Assembly: GCA_000388065.2 (NCBI GenBank)
Contig: KB932206.1
Source of the DNA: Fonticula alba ATCC 38817
Lineage: Eukaryota > Protista > Nucleariida
Strand: one strand, 5' to 3'
Length of the DNA: 9,961 bases
In this document: piece by piece, positions 8,201 through 9,961 of the stretch
Layout: each line of letters begins with the position of its first letter
Position numbering within the stretch: the first letter of the stretch is position 1
Notes under the pieces: model-generated
What the model saw: only the letters and a program-made list of their open reading frames with translations
Databases searched by the model: none
Told to the model about the DNA's origin: nothing
Position numbers and translations under genes: made by a program

Positions 8201-9273
8201 ATGCTCCGGAGGAGCCCGCTCTCGACCGGGGGTGCCGCTCTTGGCGAGGGGGTTTTCTCCCCACCCCGCCACTTGCGACCGCCAGGGTCCTTGTCGCCGC
8301 CTGCGCCACCCTCGGCCTCGCAGGCCTCGCCGGAGGCCTCGATGTCGTTCGCCCCTCATCACTTGTCTCCGCGCCCGGGAGCCATGTCCCCCGGGCCATC
8401 GTCAGCCACGCCGTTGAGCTTGACCCAGGTGGAGGAACTCCGTCAGGCAGCCTCGTTGGCGGCCTACCATCTTCCCGACCAGTCTCCGATGCCGGTGATG
8501 AACCACCGCCTGATCGAGCTGATTGCCCGACTGGAGCAAATCCTCCAGCTGACAACCAGCTCGGAGCCCGGCTCCAGCGCCGGGACCGGGACCGGGACCG
8601 GGTCCGGGACCGGGTCCGGGGGCGGGGCCGGCACCGCGACCGACACCAGGTTCGGTAGTGACCCAACCGGCGTGGAGTTGTCGGCCATCTCCCTCCCACG
8701 CATTGTGGTTGTTGGCAGCCAGTCCACCGGCAAGTCTTCGGTACTGGAGGCCATCGTTGGTCGGGACTTATTGCCGCGTGGCCGGGACATTGTCACGCGT
8801 TGCCCGTTGGTGTTGCAGCTGCGCCATGTCCCGCCATCTGGTGCGTGCGCGCACCGCTTGCCATCCCCGCTACCCGCCCCTCCCTTCCCCCCTGCCCCCC
8901 TGCTCCTTCGCCCCCCACTCGGGGCACTGGCCTTTGCAGGTTGTTGACGATCCCCGTGCTCTCGCCACACGGACACCCGTGCCTCCGCCAATGTGGCAGA
9001 TCGTTCGCAGGAGGAGCGAGCCATTTTTTCGCACGCCCCGATGCGCCTGTACCGGCCCCATGAATATCCCGAGGTCATCAAGGAGATTGAGGCCGAAACT
9101 CGGCGCATCACTCGCGGCACGCATTCCCTCAGCTCGAAGCCCATCTACCTGACGGTGTGCGCACCGCGACTGGTGAACTTGACCCTTGTGGACCTGCCTG
9201 GGCTAACCAAGGTGCGTGCTCCCCGGGGTTGGGTGCATGTGCCACCCCTCCTCCTCTCCCTGCCTCCCTTTTT

Positions 9274-9314
<41 letters not shown>

Positions 9315-9662
9315 CGCGCGCGCGCGTGTGCTCACCTCAGCTTGGTCCATCCATGAAACCGTATTATTGGCGTGACTAATTTTGCTCCTGGGCCTGGCAG
9401 ATTGCGGTTGGCGACCAACCGACCGACATCGAGCAGCAGTCACGAAACATGGCCCTGGATTTCATCTCCCAGCCAAGCACCCTGATCCTGGCCGTGTCAG
9501 CAGCCAATGTGGACATTGCCAACTCGGAGGCACTCAACCTCGCGCGCCAAGTGGACCCCACAGGTCCGTGCTTTTCGCTGATCATCTCCTGTCATTCTCG
9601 TGGGCTTTCTGGCGCCCTCGCCCCCCCCCCCCCTTTCCCACCGCACGGCACTGCTCATGCCC

Positions 9663-9698
<36 letters not shown>

Positions 9699-9912
9699 GC
9701 ACGTAAAGACAGAGAAGTCACTCACCTCGGCTCCTTCTCTGTCCTTTGGCTTCAGGCGAGCGCACCATCGGGCTGCTGACGAAGGTCGACCTGATGGAAG
9801 TTGGCAGCGATGCGTTGCCGATCCTACGCGGCGAGACGGTCCCTCTGCGTCTTGGCTTTGTGCCGGTTGTCAATCGGTCTCAGCAGGATATTCAAAATGG
9901 TCTGGCGATCGG
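8201..9912 (+). CDS. Dynamin-related GTPase (Drp1/Dnm1/DRP3-like), 3'-partial; exons 8201-8840, 9000-9211, 9401-9563, 9756-9912 (about 390 aa in window); start codon uncertain (8201, 8342, 8384, 8489 or 8498)
   Basis: N-terminal BSE-like helix [12 protein letters not shown], then [19 protein letters not shown] (G1 at 8714-8737), [21 protein letters not shown] (G2 Thr), [12 protein letters not shown] (G3), [37 protein letters not shown] (G4) and [17 protein letters not shown]. These motifs are collinear with dynamin-family GTPase domains. The stalk and GED lie outside the window, so the subfamily is not fixed. Confidence 0.92.
8582..8647 (+). repeat. Coding hexamer repeat (GGGACC/GGGTCC and decayed copies) encoding [22 protein letters not shown]
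   Basis: Six near-perfect hexamers at 8582-8617 followed by degenerate copies, in frame with the dynamin ORF. Confidence 0.85.
8841..8999 (+). other. Dynamin intron 1 (159 nt, phase 1)
   Basis: GTGCGT donor. The GGCAG acceptor at 8995-8999 gives G|AT = Asp ([17 protein letters not shown]) and avoids the in-frame TGA at 8945-8947. A competing acceptor exists at 8939. Confidence 0.7.
9212..9400 (+). other. Dynamin intron 2 (189 nt, phase 0)
   Basis: AAG|GTGCGT donor, ACTAAT branch point at 9375-9380 and GGCAG acceptor; removal restores LPGLTK|IAVGDQP. Confidence 0.92.
9279..9310. repeat. (CT)16 microsatellite in dynamin intron 2
   Basis: Direct read. Confidence 0.9.
9564..9755 (+). other. 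Dynamin intron 3 (192 nt, phase 1)
   Basis: CAG|GTCCGT donor, CTCAC at 9721-9725, pyrimidine tract and TTCAG acceptor; removal restores VDPT-G-ERTIG. Confidence 0.92.
9663..9694. repeat. (GCGT)8 tetranucleotide repeat in dynamin intron 3
   Basis: Eight perfect copies, read directly. Confidence 0.9.
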
Positions 9913-9961
9913 GTGCGATTTGGTCCTTTCCCTCTCTCTCTCTCTCTCTCTCCCCCTCCCC
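9913..9961 (+). other. Start of probable dynamin intron 4 (continues past the window)
   Basis: GTGCGA donor followed by a CT-rich tract; dynamin similarity stops after [13 protein letters not shown]. Confidence 0.6.

Noticed and set aside
7933-8658. Out-of-frame overlapping ORF with a poly-Ala run (ATG at 8026)
   Set aside because: The poly-Ala is the (GCC)9 repeat and the rest shadows the dynamin exon; no independent coding evidence.
8124-8699. Minus-strand ORF with an RS/RT dipeptide run resembling an SR protein
   Set aside because: It is the reverse complement of the dynamin GGGACC/GGGTCC repeat and has no RRM.
8771-8803. Asp in place of the usual second Gly of the dynamin PRGxGIVT loop as a sign of a dead GTPase
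   Set aside because: From recall, plant DRP3 proteins also have Asp here (PRGNDICT), and the G1 Lys/Ser, G2 Thr, G3 and G4 residues are intact.
1-9961. CRISPR arrays, tRNA or rRNA genes, transposase or reverse transcriptase ORFs, prokaryotic signals
   Set aside because: No repeat-spacer pattern, cloverleaf, rRNA core motif or mobile-element protein motif was seen; the locus is spliceosomal-intron-bearing eukaryotic DNA.

Overview
GC-rich, intron-rich eukaryotic (probably protist) genomic DNA with a 290-N assembly gap at 999-1288. Two spliced + strand genes are well supported. (1) A complete Rap1-type Ras-family GTPase, join(2853-2945,3123-3212,3401-3445,3644-3967), 183 aa, ending in CTLF. 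(2) The 5' part of a Drp1/Dnm1/DRP3-like dynamin-related GTPase, join(8201-8840,9000-9211,9401-9563,9756-9912...), which runs off the right edge. The six complete coding-region introns are 159-198 nt, with GT(G/A/C)CGT donors, YAG acceptors and C/T-, CA- or GCGT-rich interiors. Most long ORFs in the six-frame track are low-complexity or intron read-through artefacts. The most interesting unexplained signals are: a 27-nt duplication whose four differences are all synonymous (6179-6232), pointing to a hidden exon or gene between the two GTPases; stop-containing alternative acceptors exactly 60 nt upstream of two dynamin acceptors; stop-free 3n introns in Rap1; an N-terminal extension and a Gly/Thr/Ser hinge insert in the dynamin; and a dense hairpin chain at 1324-1594. 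No database search or folding program was run. Family comparisons come from recalled reference sequences, and the organism cannot be identified from the sequence alone.
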